Below are positions 1 to 11,460 of a DNA stretch of 64,000 nucleotides, one piece after another. A program made the position numbers and the translations under genes. The notes beneath the pieces were generated by a model, which searched no databases, was not told the origin of the DNA, and saw nothing but the letters and a program-made list of their open reading frames with translations. The stretch spans positions 42,848-106,847 of the forward strand of contig JBGTGT010000133.1 of NCBI GenBank assembly GCA_041746575.1, given 5' to 3'. This stretch comes from Microcystaceae cyanobacterium (lineage in GTDB: Bacteria; Cyanobacteriota; Cyanobacteriia; Cyanobacteriales; Microcystaceae). Within the stretch, counting starts at the first letter, position 1; each line of letters begins with the position of its first letter.

Positions 1-1062
<1,062 letters not shown>

Positions 1063-1085
1063 TCTTTGATGGATTTAGGGTAACA

Positions 1086-1129
1086 GAGGGTCAGAAGATT
1101 TCAACCAATCATTCTTGCCCTCTTTTTTT
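1086..1129 (+). terminator. Probable intrinsic terminator after rpoC2
   Basis: Imperfect stem AGAGGG...CCCTCT followed by a T run. Confidence 0.6.
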
Positions 1130-1195
1130 ATTGACGGAGTTGGATACAAAGGTTAATACTCAATTCGATTTACATATTTATTATGAAAAATAATT

Positions 1196-1410
1196 TATAC
1201 CAATTTAAATAGGGGCTACAACAGATAGGGCATCCAAGATGAAGGAATAACCAGTGAGGGAAGCAACTATTTCGGCGTTAACTCACCGATAAGTTCATCT
1301 ACTTTGGTTTGTAGTTGCTCTAAGATCTTGAAAGAAGCCCACTTAAGATCCGTCTTGAGATGTTCCCATAACCGCTCAATCGAATTCAATTCAGGACAGT
1401 AAGGCGGATT
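1196..1410 (-). mobile_element. IS630-family transposase C-terminal remnant with element end
   Basis: PPYCPELNSIERLW motif; frameshifted tail VASLTGYSFILDAL; ends at TATACCAATT (TA plus probable terminal repeat). Confidence 0.8.
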
Positions 1411-1414
1411 TAGT

Positions 1415-1560
1415 ATTACTACTGACCCTGACACCATACCAGATAATTCTACTTCTTTTGTCATGACTAATCTCACGGCAACAACTAGCCAGATAAAAAA
1501 ATATGCTTGTAATCTTTATGGATTAAGAATATGGGTTGAATATGGTTTCCGACAATGTCA
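1415..1560 (+). mobile_element. IS701-family transposase fragment
   Basis: Translates ITTDPDTIPDNSTSFVMTNL...NLYGLRIWVEYGFRQC, resembling cyanobacterial IS701 transposases. Confidence 0.7.
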
Positions 1561-1563
1561 GTA

Positions 1564-1715
1564 AGCCAAAACAATATCAGGCGATAGATGATGCTATTCG
1601 CACCGCTCAATTTATCCGTAATAAATGTTTAAGGCATTGATGGATAACAAAGGTGTGAGTAAATATGATTTATCAAAATACGGACTGATGGTTATTACTG
1701 CCAATCTGTTCTTTT
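1564..1715 (+). mobile_element. tnpB: TnpB (IS200/IS605) N-terminal fragments, degraded and internally deleted
   Basis: KPKQYQAIDDAIRTAQFIRNKCLRH, then MDNKGVSKYDLSKY, then DGYYCQ. Confidence 0.7.
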
Positions 1716-1744
1716 TCGTGAAGTAAAAGGCGAATATAAAAGTC

Positions 1745-1935
1745 AACAAAGAGCGTTAACTAAAGGAGATAACAATGGGAATTTATTAGAAAAGAACCAG
1801 CCGAGGCATGAGAGAATTAAAACCGTGGTTTCTTCTCTCTAATTTACCCAATTTAGCTGAGACAATTAATATCAACAAGCTTCCTTTCTACCAGAGGGGC
1901 AACGAGCTATGACTCTTATACAGCAGGCTATTTAG
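1745..1935 (+). mobile_element. IS4-family transposase fragments
   Basis: KPWFLLSNLPNL and C-terminal NKLPFYQRG...RAMTLIQQAI*. Confidence 0.6.
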
Positions 1936-2065
1936 CTCCATCATTACCCCGTCATTAGCTCAAGTTAAAGCGATTATCCCTCAAATTGGAATGAGGCTTT
2001 GCAGGCTTATTTGAGACAGCAGAAAGAACAAGAAAGAAAACAACGAATCGCTTTCTTCCTTAAGA

Positions 2066-2782
2066 TTAACTCCAAGTTAAAAAGTGTTCTTGTGTTAAGT
2101 ATTTAGGTCTAAGTGCTTTTTGAATATACATTTTTTGATGTTCCTCTTGAGTAAAAGGAGCATAGTTCTTGTACGATAAAAGTTTAGCTCCTTTGTCAAT
2201 AATACATTCTTTTTTACTTTCAAAATCACTAATTTTAAAAACTGTAGTGGTATCCACTTTTGCGCCCCCAAAGAAAGTTTCGGTTTCACCCTTTATCTTA
2301 TCATTGGTCTTAAAATCAAAATAACCTGAAGATGTTTCACCAAATTCATCTTCTAACACGCCCGAAAAATCTATTCTTTCAACTTTCCATGTCTCTGGAT
2401 CAAGCTTAGTTTTGTCTGTAAGAGGTATTTTTTTTGACATCCAAGGCTTTCCTTGACCATTGAAATTATCATATTCTTGATCAGCACTGTCACAATTGCT
2501 ATCTTGCCATGTAAATTTTATAAAACTATCTTTAGCACTAAATGGATCTTTCTTGATGCTAAAAACAGCATTTATAGTTACCATATCAAGTTTAGGGACT
2601 CCTTTTTTCTGGGCCTCATCTATACATCCATCTTTAGTAGCATCGTTCTCTAAGTAAGTTGAGTTTCCCATAAAACTAAATGAGCCATTGAGTGTTGTTG
2701 CTTGTGCAGGCTGAGCAATAATAGCGGATACAAGCAATGCAGAAGTGATATGAACAACGCAATTAATTGGAAAAACTTTCAT
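2066..2782 (-). CDS. Secreted protein of unknown function
   Basis: ATG at 2782 gives a signal peptide ending AQPAQA; preceded by the motif shared with the PEP-CTERM array. Confidence 0.75.
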   Translation of the reverse strand: MKVFPINCVVHITSALLVSAIIAQPAQATTLNGSFSFMGNSTYLENDATKDGCIDEAQKKGVPKLDMVTINAVFSIKKDPFSAKDSFIKFTWQDSNCDSADQEYDNFNGQGKPWMSKKIPLTDKTKLDPETWKVERIDFSGVLEDEFGETSSGYFDFKTNDKIKGETETFFGGAKVDTTTVFKISDFESKKECIIDKGAKLLSYKNYAPFTQEEHQKMYIQKALRPKYLTQEHFLTWS

Positions 2783-2833
2783 GGTAATTATTAAGAAAAA
2801 CAACTTGAGCTTTAACTTGATTGTTGACTACTC

Positions 2834-2894
2834 ACTAATTACTCAGAAGAAAAAACGTACTTTGTGACACTTCGACTAAAATTTGTTACAAAAC
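2834..2894 (-). promoter_or_regulatory. Conserved motif, copy 5
   Basis: Reverse complement reads TGTAACA-N14-TGTCACA-N16-CTGAGTAATTAGT. Confidence 0.75.
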
Positions 2895-3099
2895 GCAATG
2901 TAAACAGCTAAAACTTAGGGTTTCTTCATTTTCCCAATAAATATACTAAATTTTGTATTTTCTTTGTCACGGGGTTGTCACTCCATCAGGAAGGTCAGTT
3001 TAACTCCTTTTTAGGACAAGAAAAAACAAAGGGTGGACATCTTTGCATTCATTCACTTTAAGATAAATTTATGATAAAGACAGAGAGGATACGCCATCA

Positions 3100-3795
3100 A
3101 TGATCGATCTCTACTATTGGGCAACGCCGAATGGGCATAAAATCACCATTTTTCTCAAAGAAACTGACCTCCCTTACCGACTTCATCCCGTTAACATCGC
3201 CAATGGAGAACAATTTGACCCTGATTTCCTGAAGATTTCTCCTAATAATCGCATTCCTGCGATCGTAGATCTTAACCCAACGGAGGGGGATGAACCGATT
3301 AGTGTGTTTGAATCGGGGGCAATTCTGCAATATCTAGCGGAAAAAACAGGACAATTTCTTCCTAATGATGTCAGGGGACGATTTGAGGTCATGCAGTGGC
3401 TATTTTGGCAAATGGGGGGACTTGGCCCCATGCTTGGACAAAATCATCATTTTGTCAGTTATGCGCCCGAAAAGATACCTTATGCTATTAATCGCTATGT
3501 CAAAGAAACTGAAAGACTTTACGGGGTGTTAGATGAATGTTTGAGCAACAGGGCGTTTATCGCAGGTGACTACTCGATCGCAGATATGGCCGTTTATCCT
3601 TGGATTGTTCCCCATCAGCAACAGCAACAAAACCTTGAGGAATTTCCCCATCTCAAACGCTGGTTTGAAACGCTCAAGGTGCGTACTGCCGTTCAAAAGG
3701 CTTATACCGTTGCAGAGTCCCTAAAAACAGAGGCAACGATGACCGAAGATGCTAAAAAGATTCTTTTTGGTCAAGGAAAACGCCAAAAACATTAA
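3100..3795 (+). CDS. Glutathione S-transferase (YfcG-like)
   Basis: TPNGHKI, ISPNNRIPAI, FESGAILQYLA, WQMGGLGPM. Confidence 0.93.
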   Translation: MIDLYYWATPNGHKITIFLKETDLPYRLHPVNIANGEQFDPDFLKISPNNRIPAIVDLNPTEGDEPISVFESGAILQYLAEKTGQFLPNDVRGRFEVMQWLFWQMGGLGPMLGQNHHFVSYAPEKIPYAINRYVKETERLYGVLDECLSNRAFIAGDYSIADMAVYPWIVPHQQQQQNLEEFPHLKRWFETLKVRTAVQKAYTVAESLKTEATMTEDAKKILFGQGKRQKH

Positions 3796-5210
3796 TGTTC
3801 CGTCTCATCCGATCTCGTATCGTCACCCTGCTCGCTGTTTGCGGGGGATGGGGGTAAATTTTGCACAATTCTCGCCCCGTCACCCTGCCCGCCGTTTTCA
3901 GGGGATAGGGGCAAATCTCTGACAATGACTGTATAAATCTCTGTTGGCATTTCAATATTTGCTTTTTCTAAGGCTTCTTTAATCGCTTGAGCAACGTCAG
4001 ATGTAATATTTAAAAATCCTGCGCGACGGGAATCTACCCAAAAGCGTACCTCTAAATTGACCGTACTCGCTCCTAATTCCCGCACTAATACATCTGGGAG
4101 AGGGGTGTTTTCCACCTGTGACAAAGTTTCTAGGGTTTGATGAATGACAGCTTTGGCTTGATTAATTTCTTCTTGGTAATCAATCCCCACCATTAAAGAA
4201 CTTCGACGACGAGGAGAAGCCGTATTGTTAATAATACTGGCTTGAAAGACCTCCTGATTGGGAATATATACCAAACGCCCATCATAGGTTCTTAAAGTCG
4301 TCGCCCGCAACTGAATTTGCGTAATCGTACCTTCATAATCCCCAATAACGACTTGATCGTTAATCCGAAAAGGATGCGCCGCTAGTAAAATGACCCCAGA
4401 AATGTAATTACTCAAAACATCCTTAAGACTAAACCCGATGGCGACGCTGGTTAAACCTAAAGCCCCTAACATTGCGCCAAAATCCAGCCCTAAAACCCCC
4501 AGCGCAATAACGCTACCCATTACCCAAACGGCACCGTAACTGAGCCTTCCTACCAAAATTTCTGCACTCGAATCCCCTTCAGTCTGTTTTGCCCATGTAA
4601 ATGCCACATAGCGCACCCCTTTCGCCACGCCCCAAGTCATGCCAGCGACAATAATTGCCCCTACCAACGCCGGAAGATGATCAATGGTATTGCGAAGAAA
4701 TTGACGAACCGTTTCATAGAGTCGTTGCCCAACATCAATCGCTAAAGGGGGCTTATCAAAGGCACGATTGAGCTTTTCTGACCACTGTTTTGCCAATTCT
4801 TCGGCGGATAAGCCAAAATCAAGGGCATCCTGCTCTGTTACCGTCATTAAAACCCGATTATTGAGTTGTAAAGTAGACAGTTTGCGAGAAGCGTCCGATT
4901 TAACAGTAACTTTGTCAATCGGGTCAGATTGCACCAAAAGACTAGCAATACGGCGATTAATAATGGCCGCTCGCTCCCTTGCACTCACTTTTGCCAAACC
5001 GCCCACTTGAAAAATAGGCCGTCCCCGAACGAGAATATCAGAAAAATACAAACCCTCTTCAGGCGGATTGACTTCTACGATCGGGGGTGGGGGACTTGGG
5101 TCTTCTTCTTGAGTTAGAGCGACGGGAAGATTAATCCAGATAATTCCTGTAATCCAGAGAGAAACAGAGAATAAGGGGAAATAAAATCTTATTAAGCCAC
5201 GTACTTTCAT
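3792..5210 (-). CDS. MscS-family mechanosensitive channel with extended N-terminal domain
   Basis: GALGLTSVAIGFSLKD...PFRINDQV...LRATTLRTYDG. Confidence 0.92.
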   Translation of the reverse strand: MKVRGLIRFYFPLFSVSLWITGIIWINLPVALTQEEDPSPPPPIVEVNPPEEGLYFSDILVRGRPIFQVGGLAKVSARERAAIINRRIASLLVQSDPIDKVTVKSDASRKLSTLQLNNRVLMTVTEQDALDFGLSAEELAKQWSEKLNRAFDKPPLAIDVGQRLYETVRQFLRNTIDHLPALVGAIIVAGMTWGVAKGVRYVAFTWAKQTEGDSSAEILVGRLSYGAVWVMGSVIALGVLGLDFGAMLGALGLTSVAIGFSLKDVLSNYISGVILLAAHPFRINDQVVIGDYEGTITQIQLRATTLRTYDGRLVYIPNQEVFQASIINNTASPRRRSSLMVGIDYQEEINQAKAVIHQTLETLSQVENTPLPDVLVRELGASTVNLEVRFWVDSRRAGFLNITSDVAQAIKEALEKANIEMPTEIYTVIVRDLPLSPENGGQGDGARIVQNLPPSPANSEQGDDTRSDETEH

Positions 5211-5441
5211 CAGCTTATCGTTATCGTTAGTTTTTTAAAGTTTATTTTAGGGCTAAAGCCCCCACAACGAAATTACAGCAGTTTGCGACTTAATGATCTC
5301 AAATTCGGTTAAATACCCGTAGTCAATCAATAGAACTGAATACGAGGTAAAAGGATTGAAAATTTGAAGCAGGAGGTAACACCCTTATTTAAAGTCTTCC
5401 CCCCATCGGTTTAACGGTCACAGGGCGGTGGAATTTATTAC

Positions 5442-6449
5442 CTATTTTGACTGACTGTTACGAGAAGTCTCTTGATTAGAGTAGGTTTTAACATTCAGAA
5501 TCGCTTGAGCGGCATATTGATCGTTAGGACGTTCATTGAGAGCTTGTTGAAACAAATTAATCGCCCTTGGGTAGTTTTCTTGTTCTGTGGCATCGTAACC
5601 TAATCTCATATAGCGATCATAGGATGATTCTTGCTCAGTTCCCGTTTGTTCATCTTTGTTCATACTATCTCTGATATTCCAGAAAGCGATCGTCGCTTGT
5701 CTATCATTAGGACGTTCATAAAGCGCACTTCTAAAATGACTCATTGCCATCGTATAATCTTCCCGTTTTTGTGCCGCATAACCGAGTCTCATGTAGCGAT
5801 CATAAGGACGTTCTCCCACATATAAAATCGGTATTGAAAGGGAATCTTTTGGGCTAATTTCTTCTCCTCGATTGAGATAGGTTTGAACATTGCGAATGGC
5901 TTGGGTGGCATAATAATCTTCAGGACGTTCAACTAGGGCTTGATTAAAGTTTTTTAGTGCCATTTGATAATCCCCTTGGGCAGTGGCATCATAGCCTTTT
6001 TCCATGGAGCGATCATAATCACTTTCTGCGGTAACTGAATCTTGATCTTGACGCTCATTAATGACATTACGGGTATTCCAATAGGCGATCGTTGCATCCC
6101 GATCTTGGGGAACTTCATAAAGCGCATTCCGAAAATAAGAAGCGGCAAGTTCATAATTTTCCTTTTGAGCCGCCGAATATCCTAAGCGCATATAGCGATC
6201 ATAACTGGATTCTTCGGCAGCTTTCTCGACATTATCGCTGATATTAGAGGGTTTTTGATTTGGATTGGATGAATCTTGATTCGGTTGCTCAGTAGGAAGA
6301 TCGGTGGGAAGAACCGCCGGGGACACTTGAGGATATTGGGAATTTTGCCGGTTAGGAAGAGGAGATTCTTGGGCTAAGACAGGGCTTATTGATGACAAGG
6401 AAACAACCATCAATACAGCAGATAAAAATTCAAAGTTTTTGTGCTTCAT
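5442..6449 (-). CDS. Exported TPR-like repeat protein
   Basis: Signal peptide; four YDRxMxxGY...AL.ExP.D repeats. Confidence 0.8.
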   Translation of the reverse strand: MKHKNFEFLSAVLMVVSLSSISPVLAQESPLPNRQNSQYPQVSPAVLPTDLPTEQPNQDSSNPNQKPSNISDNVEKAAEESSYDRYMRLGYSAAQKENYELAASYFRNALYEVPQDRDATIAYWNTRNVINERQDQDSVTAESDYDRSMEKGYDATAQGDYQMALKNFNQALVERPEDYYATQAIRNVQTYLNRGEEISPKDSLSIPILYVGERPYDRYMRLGYAAQKREDYTMAMSHFRSALYERPNDRQATIAFWNIRDSMNKDEQTGTEQESSYDRYMRLGYDATEQENYPRAINLFQQALNERPNDQYAAQAILNVKTYSNQETSRNSQSK

Positions 6450-6723
6450 ATTTCTTAAACTCCTAATTTATAAACTTGTTTCTACTTCTAGACTCGCAAA
6501 AAATACAGACTAAAATCATCCTTCAAATGAAAGAAATTATAAGAGACTTAACCAACCACAGTATGAGTCTGAGCAATTTCCGATTGCTTACCTTCTCTCT
6601 ATTTCTCTCAGAAAATAAAGAGAATCAATCTTTGCTTGAAACAATAATAAAGGACGCAAATTGTCTTGCGCCCTAACAGAGTGATTAATTAAGTTGGAAA
6701 GAAGAATGATTAAAAAATTAGAT

Positions 6724-9700
6724 TTAACCTCCCACAGCCAATATTCCTGCCCCAGCAGACGCAATCGCCGAGATTAACGCTGTTGAAAATAGCCACCATG
6801 CCGCCACAGCTGCCGCTTTTCGAGTGGCTTCGGCTTGTTTTTGAGCTTCTTCTTTTACTCTCTCAAGTTGAAGTCTTGCAGTCTGTTGAATTCGTTCAGC
6901 GCGTTGTAACAGACGATCGCGGGTGTGCTCTACTTGGGCAACCATCCGTTCTGCCTCCGCCGGCGAAATATCGTCACGGGACTGTAAAATAGCGACAACC
7001 GTATCCCGATTAACCTGAGAAAAGCGATCGCGTAAGGCGTCAAATCCCGCTTGAGGATCATCCATTAGCGTTTGTAAGTCGTCCCGAATGCCACCGTAAT
7101 TAAGTTCAGGACGCTCTAAACTGTCGAGATAAATGCGGATTTTATCTAAAATACGGTTAATTGCTCCTTGTACTTGTTGTTGGATCGCTTCTATTTGTTG
7201 AACTGCTTGATTACGCACTTCTAAGATGCGATCAATAATCCGATTGACCTCTTCCTCCGAAATATCATCCCGTTGAGACAATAACGCCACCAGTGTGTCT
7301 CGATCAAAGTAGGACAAGCGTTCTTGGAGACTTTCGAGTCCCATTTTCGGATCATGGAGAAGTAACTGCACGTCTCGTTTAATCCCTGCGGGACTGAGTT
7401 CTTCTCGGTCCGTAGAGCGCAGATAATCAGCTAAAGTGGCTTGAAATTCCTGAACTTGGCGACCGGTTCGTCTTGCCAATCGTTGCGGGGCTTGCGCCCA
7501 ACTGTGTAAAGTACCAGTCACATCATCAATGATACGATTGACATCGGCTTCACTCAAATCTCGGCGTTGACTGAGTAATTGCACCAATGTATCGCGATCC
7601 ATCATTGCTAATCGCTGTTTAATGGCTTCCGCACCCATTTGTGGATCTTCAAGGAGGAGAGTTAAATCTCGTTGAATGCCTTCTGGGTTAAGTTCAGTCT
7701 TGTTGGTTTGTCTCAAATAATCGGCAATTCCTGAGGTAACTTTTTCGTATTGCTGTTCCACTTGTCCAGTCAATTTTGCAGGAATAGAACGAATAGAAGT
7801 CCAATTTTCTTCAACTTTGTCAAGAACTTCATTGATTTGTTCTTCACTCAAGTCTTGGCGTTGATTCAGCAGTTGTACTAAAGTATCTCTATCAAAACGA
7901 GATGAGCGGTTGCGCAAGGCGGCCATGCCTAAAGAGGGATCATCTAAAAATAATTGAAGTTCCCGTTGGATGTCATTCGGATTGAGTTCGTCTTTACCCG
8001 TATCTTTAAGATAAGCTTTGACTTTTAGCCATTGTTGTTCAATTTTCCCTTGGATAGCGGCTTGATTGTCTTGGGACTCTTGGATCACTTGATCTCGTAC
8101 TCTCTCAACGTTAGAAACAACAAAAACCCTTTCTCCAATTTCAATATCGTGGCGTTTTTCTAGCATCCGTTCGAGAGTCGGATAATCGAGTTGTGTCAGA
8201 CGATGCCGGAGTCGGTCTATCTCCGTATCTGCATCTTCTAAGATAGGTTTGAAGATAATTTGCACTTTTTCGGCATCTAATAGGTCTTCTTTGGACGTAT
8301 TTGAAAGATGTTGTTCTACATCAGTCAAGAGAGCGATCGCTTTTTTCCGTTCAATAGCCGCCTGTGCTGTATTTAGAACTTCTAGGCGGATTTCTTCGAG
8401 GGCATTCGCCGTTTTTTGGATTTTTGCTTGGGTTAAGAGTCCTTTTTCTTTCAGGAGTGCCACAAAAGTAGAACGAGAAATCGACTCTAATTCTCCCACC
8501 GTTACTTCAGGAGAGGCATCAGGATCATAAAGCAGGTTGCGGAATTCACGGTTGAGGATGTCCGATCTTAATTGCCACGGATAGGTATTAAGCAGATAAG
8601 CTTTAATATCGGCTTTTATCGCTTCGTCATTGGTCGTTTCGCCTTTTGTGACTTGATTGGCCAGTTTATTCGTCTGTTCTCCTAATCCTTCTTTGATTTG
8701 ATTAATTTGATCGACAATTTTATCAACATCTAATTGCGAAAGATCCGTTCTTCCCATCGCCAAACTGATTAGGGTATTCATCCCCATCGTTAGACTCTGT
8801 GTCAGCCAATTAGATGAGTCAGAAGAGCTAGGTTTTCGGACTTCTTTAACTAATTTAGTTAATTTGTCAGTAAATTCGCTTCCTAATAGTTGCTCACTCG
8901 GCGCTGTTTTAATGTAGTCCCCTAACTCTCCTATATCATTTTTGGAGGTGGGTAAAGATTGGGTGATATTGCGCCAAACCGATTCCAGTTTATCTGCCAC
9001 ACGGTTAATATCTTTTTGGGAGAAATCACTTCGATGAGCGATTAATTCGACAAAAGTTTGACGATCAAGAGAGGGAATTTGTCCAGTTTGGGCAATTTTC
9101 TTTAATTCGTCTTGATCTAAGAGTTTTTCAAAGTCAGCGGCCAATTTATCAAAATCAAGAGACTGAGGACGCACTTTGGTAAAATAATCTTCTAAATTCT
9201 CTCGTACTGTAACCGGATCGAGTGCCGCTCCTAATTCTCGACGGATAGCGGCGACTGACGCTTCTGCTGTGTCTACCACTTCTTTTCTAATCGCTTTTGC
9301 CCCTAAGGCCGCAGTGGCTGTTCCCATCAAGGACTGAAAACCAGCGGTGGCCGCATTCACAACTGAACCGACCAAAGAGCCAATGGTAGCAGAACTCACG
9401 ATCACTAAAAGGGAAAAATACGTCCCCCAAATCACCAAACCGACGATTGCGCCCGATAACGGAGAGATAAATAAACTGAGTTTAACGGCTAATAAAGAAG
9501 CAAAAAATAGGGCAACGGTCACACTTATCAATGTGCCTAATCCTAATACTAAACTAATGTTATGGAGAGTATCGCCAAAACTATCTTCATTTTCATTTTC
9601 TTCTGAGGATGACCCTCCTGCTAAAGAAATGCCAGCCGCCACCCCTAAATTGGTCAAGAGTAATTGAAAGGCAAAAGCTAAAACAACGCCAGCCACTAAG

Positions 9701-9819
9701 GCGGTAAAAAATTGCGGGCCACTAAACACTAAGGCCGCATCTTCCGGCGAATTGACAACTGGTTCATTTAAAACTTGCGCTAACAGAGGAGCGATTGAAT
9801 TGAGCATCATGATCTTCAT
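6724..9819 (-). CDS. Large membrane-anchored helical repeat protein
   Basis: N- and C-terminal hydrophobic helices; about 100-aa repeats containing DP...DRDTLVxLLxQRxDxSE. Confidence 0.85.
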   Translation of the reverse strand: MKIMMLNSIAPLLAQVLNEPVVNSPEDAALVFSGPQFFTALVAGVVLAFAFQLLLTNLGVAAGISLAGGSSSEENENEDSFGDTLHNISLVLGLGTLISVTVALFFASLLAVKLSLFISPLSGAIVGLVIWGTYFSLLVIVSSATIGSLVGSVVNAATAGFQSLMGTATAALGAKAIRKEVVDTAEASVAAIRRELGAALDPVTVRENLEDYFTKVRPQSLDFDKLAADFEKLLDQDELKKIAQTGQIPSLDRQTFVELIAHRSDFSQKDINRVADKLESVWRNITQSLPTSKNDIGELGDYIKTAPSEQLLGSEFTDKLTKLVKEVRKPSSSDSSNWLTQSLTMGMNTLISLAMGRTDLSQLDVDKIVDQINQIKEGLGEQTNKLANQVTKGETTNDEAIKADIKAYLLNTYPWQLRSDILNREFRNLLYDPDASPEVTVGELESISRSTFVALLKEKGLLTQAKIQKTANALEEIRLEVLNTAQAAIERKKAIALLTDVEQHLSNTSKEDLLDAEKVQIIFKPILEDADTEIDRLRHRLTQLDYPTLERMLEKRHDIEIGERVFVVSNVERVRDQVIQESQDNQAAIQGKIEQQWLKVKAYLKDTGKDELNPNDIQRELQLFLDDPSLGMAALRNRSSRFDRDTLVQLLNQRQDLSEEQINEVLDKVEENWTSIRSIPAKLTGQVEQQYEKVTSGIADYLRQTNKTELNPEGIQRDLTLLLEDPQMGAEAIKQRLAMMDRDTLVQLLSQRRDLSEADVNRIIDDVTGTLHSWAQAPQRLARRTGRQVQEFQATLADYLRSTDREELSPAGIKRDVQLLLHDPKMGLESLQERLSYFDRDTLVALLSQRDDISEEEVNRIIDRILEVRNQAVQQIEAIQQQVQGAINRILDKIRIYLDSLERPELNYGGIRDDLQTLMDDPQAGFDALRDRFSQVNRDTVVAILQSRDDISPAEAERMVAQVEHTRDRLLQRAERIQQTARLQLERVKEEAQKQAEATRKAAAVAAWWLFSTALISAIASAGAGILAVGG

Positions 9820-10068
9820 TTTTGCAACTTAATTGAAGGAATTAACGTTATTCCTTAAATATCACAATCCTAGTTCAGCGTTTCTTTTATTTTCTCCCCA
9901 AAAAGAAAGATATTTTCTTTATCAATCTATATCAAAAGGTATGTGTTGTGATGGGATGGGTGCGAGGTGACTCACCTGCTTGCTCTATTCTGCCGAATTA
10001 ACAGCCTATTGCCGATTGCCCCATCTTTATCTTAAGTTAAATTGACAGCGATTCTATGGACTAAAATT

Positions 10069-10650
10069 ATGGTGTTAACGCCTTCGACGATGCTTCCTTT
10101 GGGAACCCTTGCCCCTGATTTTGCGTTACCGGATACTGTAACGGGAAAAACGATTTCACTAACGACATTTGAAGGCAAAGACGCTTTGCTGGTCATGTTT
10201 ATTTGTCAGCATTGCCCTTTTGTGAAACATCTTCAGGTTGCATTGGCTAAACTGGGACAAGACTATCGAGATTACGCGTTAGGAATAGTGGCGATCTCTG
10301 CTAACGACGTTACCCATTACTCCAGCGATTCCCCTGAAAATCTCCAAAAAATGGCACAAAGCTTAGGATTTACCTTTCCGGTATGTTACGATGAAAGTCA
10401 AGCCGTGGCTAAAGCTTATACCGCCGCCTGTACCCCTGATTTTTTCTTATTTGATGCTAATAGAATCCTTGTTTACCGTGGACAGTTCGATAGTAGTCGC
10501 CCCGGTAATGAAATTCCCGTCACGGGTGAAGATTTGCGACAGGCAATTGATAGTCTCTTAGCCGATGAATCAGTGAAAGAAGAACAAATTCCTAGTATTG
10601 GCTGTAATATTAAGTGGAAAAAGGGAAATGAACCTGATTACTTTGGTTAA
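10069..10650 (+). CDS. Thioredoxin-like AhpC/TSA family protein
   Basis: CQHCPFV, AACTPDFFLFD, PSIGCNIKWK. Confidence 0.92.
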   Translation: MVLTPSTMLPLGTLAPDFALPDTVTGKTISLTTFEGKDALLVMFICQHCPFVKHLQVALAKLGQDYRDYALGIVAISANDVTHYSSDSPENLQKMAQSLGFTFPVCYDESQAVAKAYTAACTPDFFLFDANRILVYRGQFDSSRPGNEIPVTGEDLRQAIDSLLADESVKEEQIPSIGCNIKWKKGNEPDYFG

Positions 10651-10773
10651 TACGTTAATTCAGAACTTTATGTTTTTGTTAATCGTAAGCTCTTTCGGGT
10701 TGATGGCATTATTCAGAAACTTATGGTGATCGCCCTACGTCTCTAGCCTGTTATTCTTTTAAAACGATACGCC

Positions 10774-11214
10774 ATGAAAGCTTTAGCATTCTTGATCTTG
10801 TTAACCGTTGCCCTGCCAATGGTTCGTCCGGCGATCGCTCAAGATCCCCCGGCAAAAACCTATCAACCCGGATTTTGGCAACCGGTGACTCGCTTTAATG
10901 CCGAACAGCCCGTTGAAGTGATCATTCAAAATAACACTGATATTCAGATTGAATATGATATCACGGAACTAGAATCTACCAATCCCACATCCCTTCCTGC
11001 TGGCCAAACGGGAAGATTACAAGGGTTCGGCAATTCTGCTGTCATTGTAATTTACTCTTTAGTTGATAGTAGTAGTGACTTTACCCTCCGTTTTGATGTT
11101 ACAGTTGATGAGGCAAAAAATCTCGTCAATGTATCGGTTCTCAAAGAAAAGCCCACTTTTTTTGGTCATCGCGCCGTTAACTTACAAAAAACAGGGGCAG
11201 TTTTTGTCTATTAA
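10774..11214 (+). CDS. Secreted hypothetical protein
   Basis: Signal peptide ending PAIA; 146 aa. Confidence 0.8.
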   Translation: MKALAFLILLTVALPMVRPAIAQDPPAKTYQPGFWQPVTRFNAEQPVEVIIQNNTDIQIEYDITELESTNPTSLPAGQTGRLQGFGNSAVIVIYSLVDSSSDFTLRFDVTVDEAKNLVNVSVLKEKPTFFGHRAVNLQKTGAVFVY

Positions 11215-11295
11215 AGGGTAAGGGATTGAACAAAGTTTCTCAAACCCTATAGAGATGTGCCATAAAACGTCTCTATTTTTTTTATTTTTCAAGAC

Positions 11296-11460
11296 AAAAA
11301 AAGCAGGTTTATCCTGCTTCTGTGTTGGGAGATACAAAGCGAATCTTAAAATGAGGAGAAAAAGATCATTGAGCCGATTAAGATATTATTTAAGATGCCC
11401 ACCATCAATAGGGTTGAGAACATTAGCATCACTGGAAAAAGCTCAAGAGCGATCCCTTGG
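11296..11460 (-). ncRNA. Candidate sRNA or microprotein mRNA (27-aa ORF at 11346-11429)
   Basis: TTGCAA-N17-CATAAT promoter upstream and AAGCAGG/CCTGCTT hairpin plus T run, both on the minus strand. Confidence 0.5.

Noticed and set aside
2964..2981. TTGTCAC direct repeat upstream of the GST gene as another motif copy
   Set aside because: No CCGAGTAAT box at the required spacing
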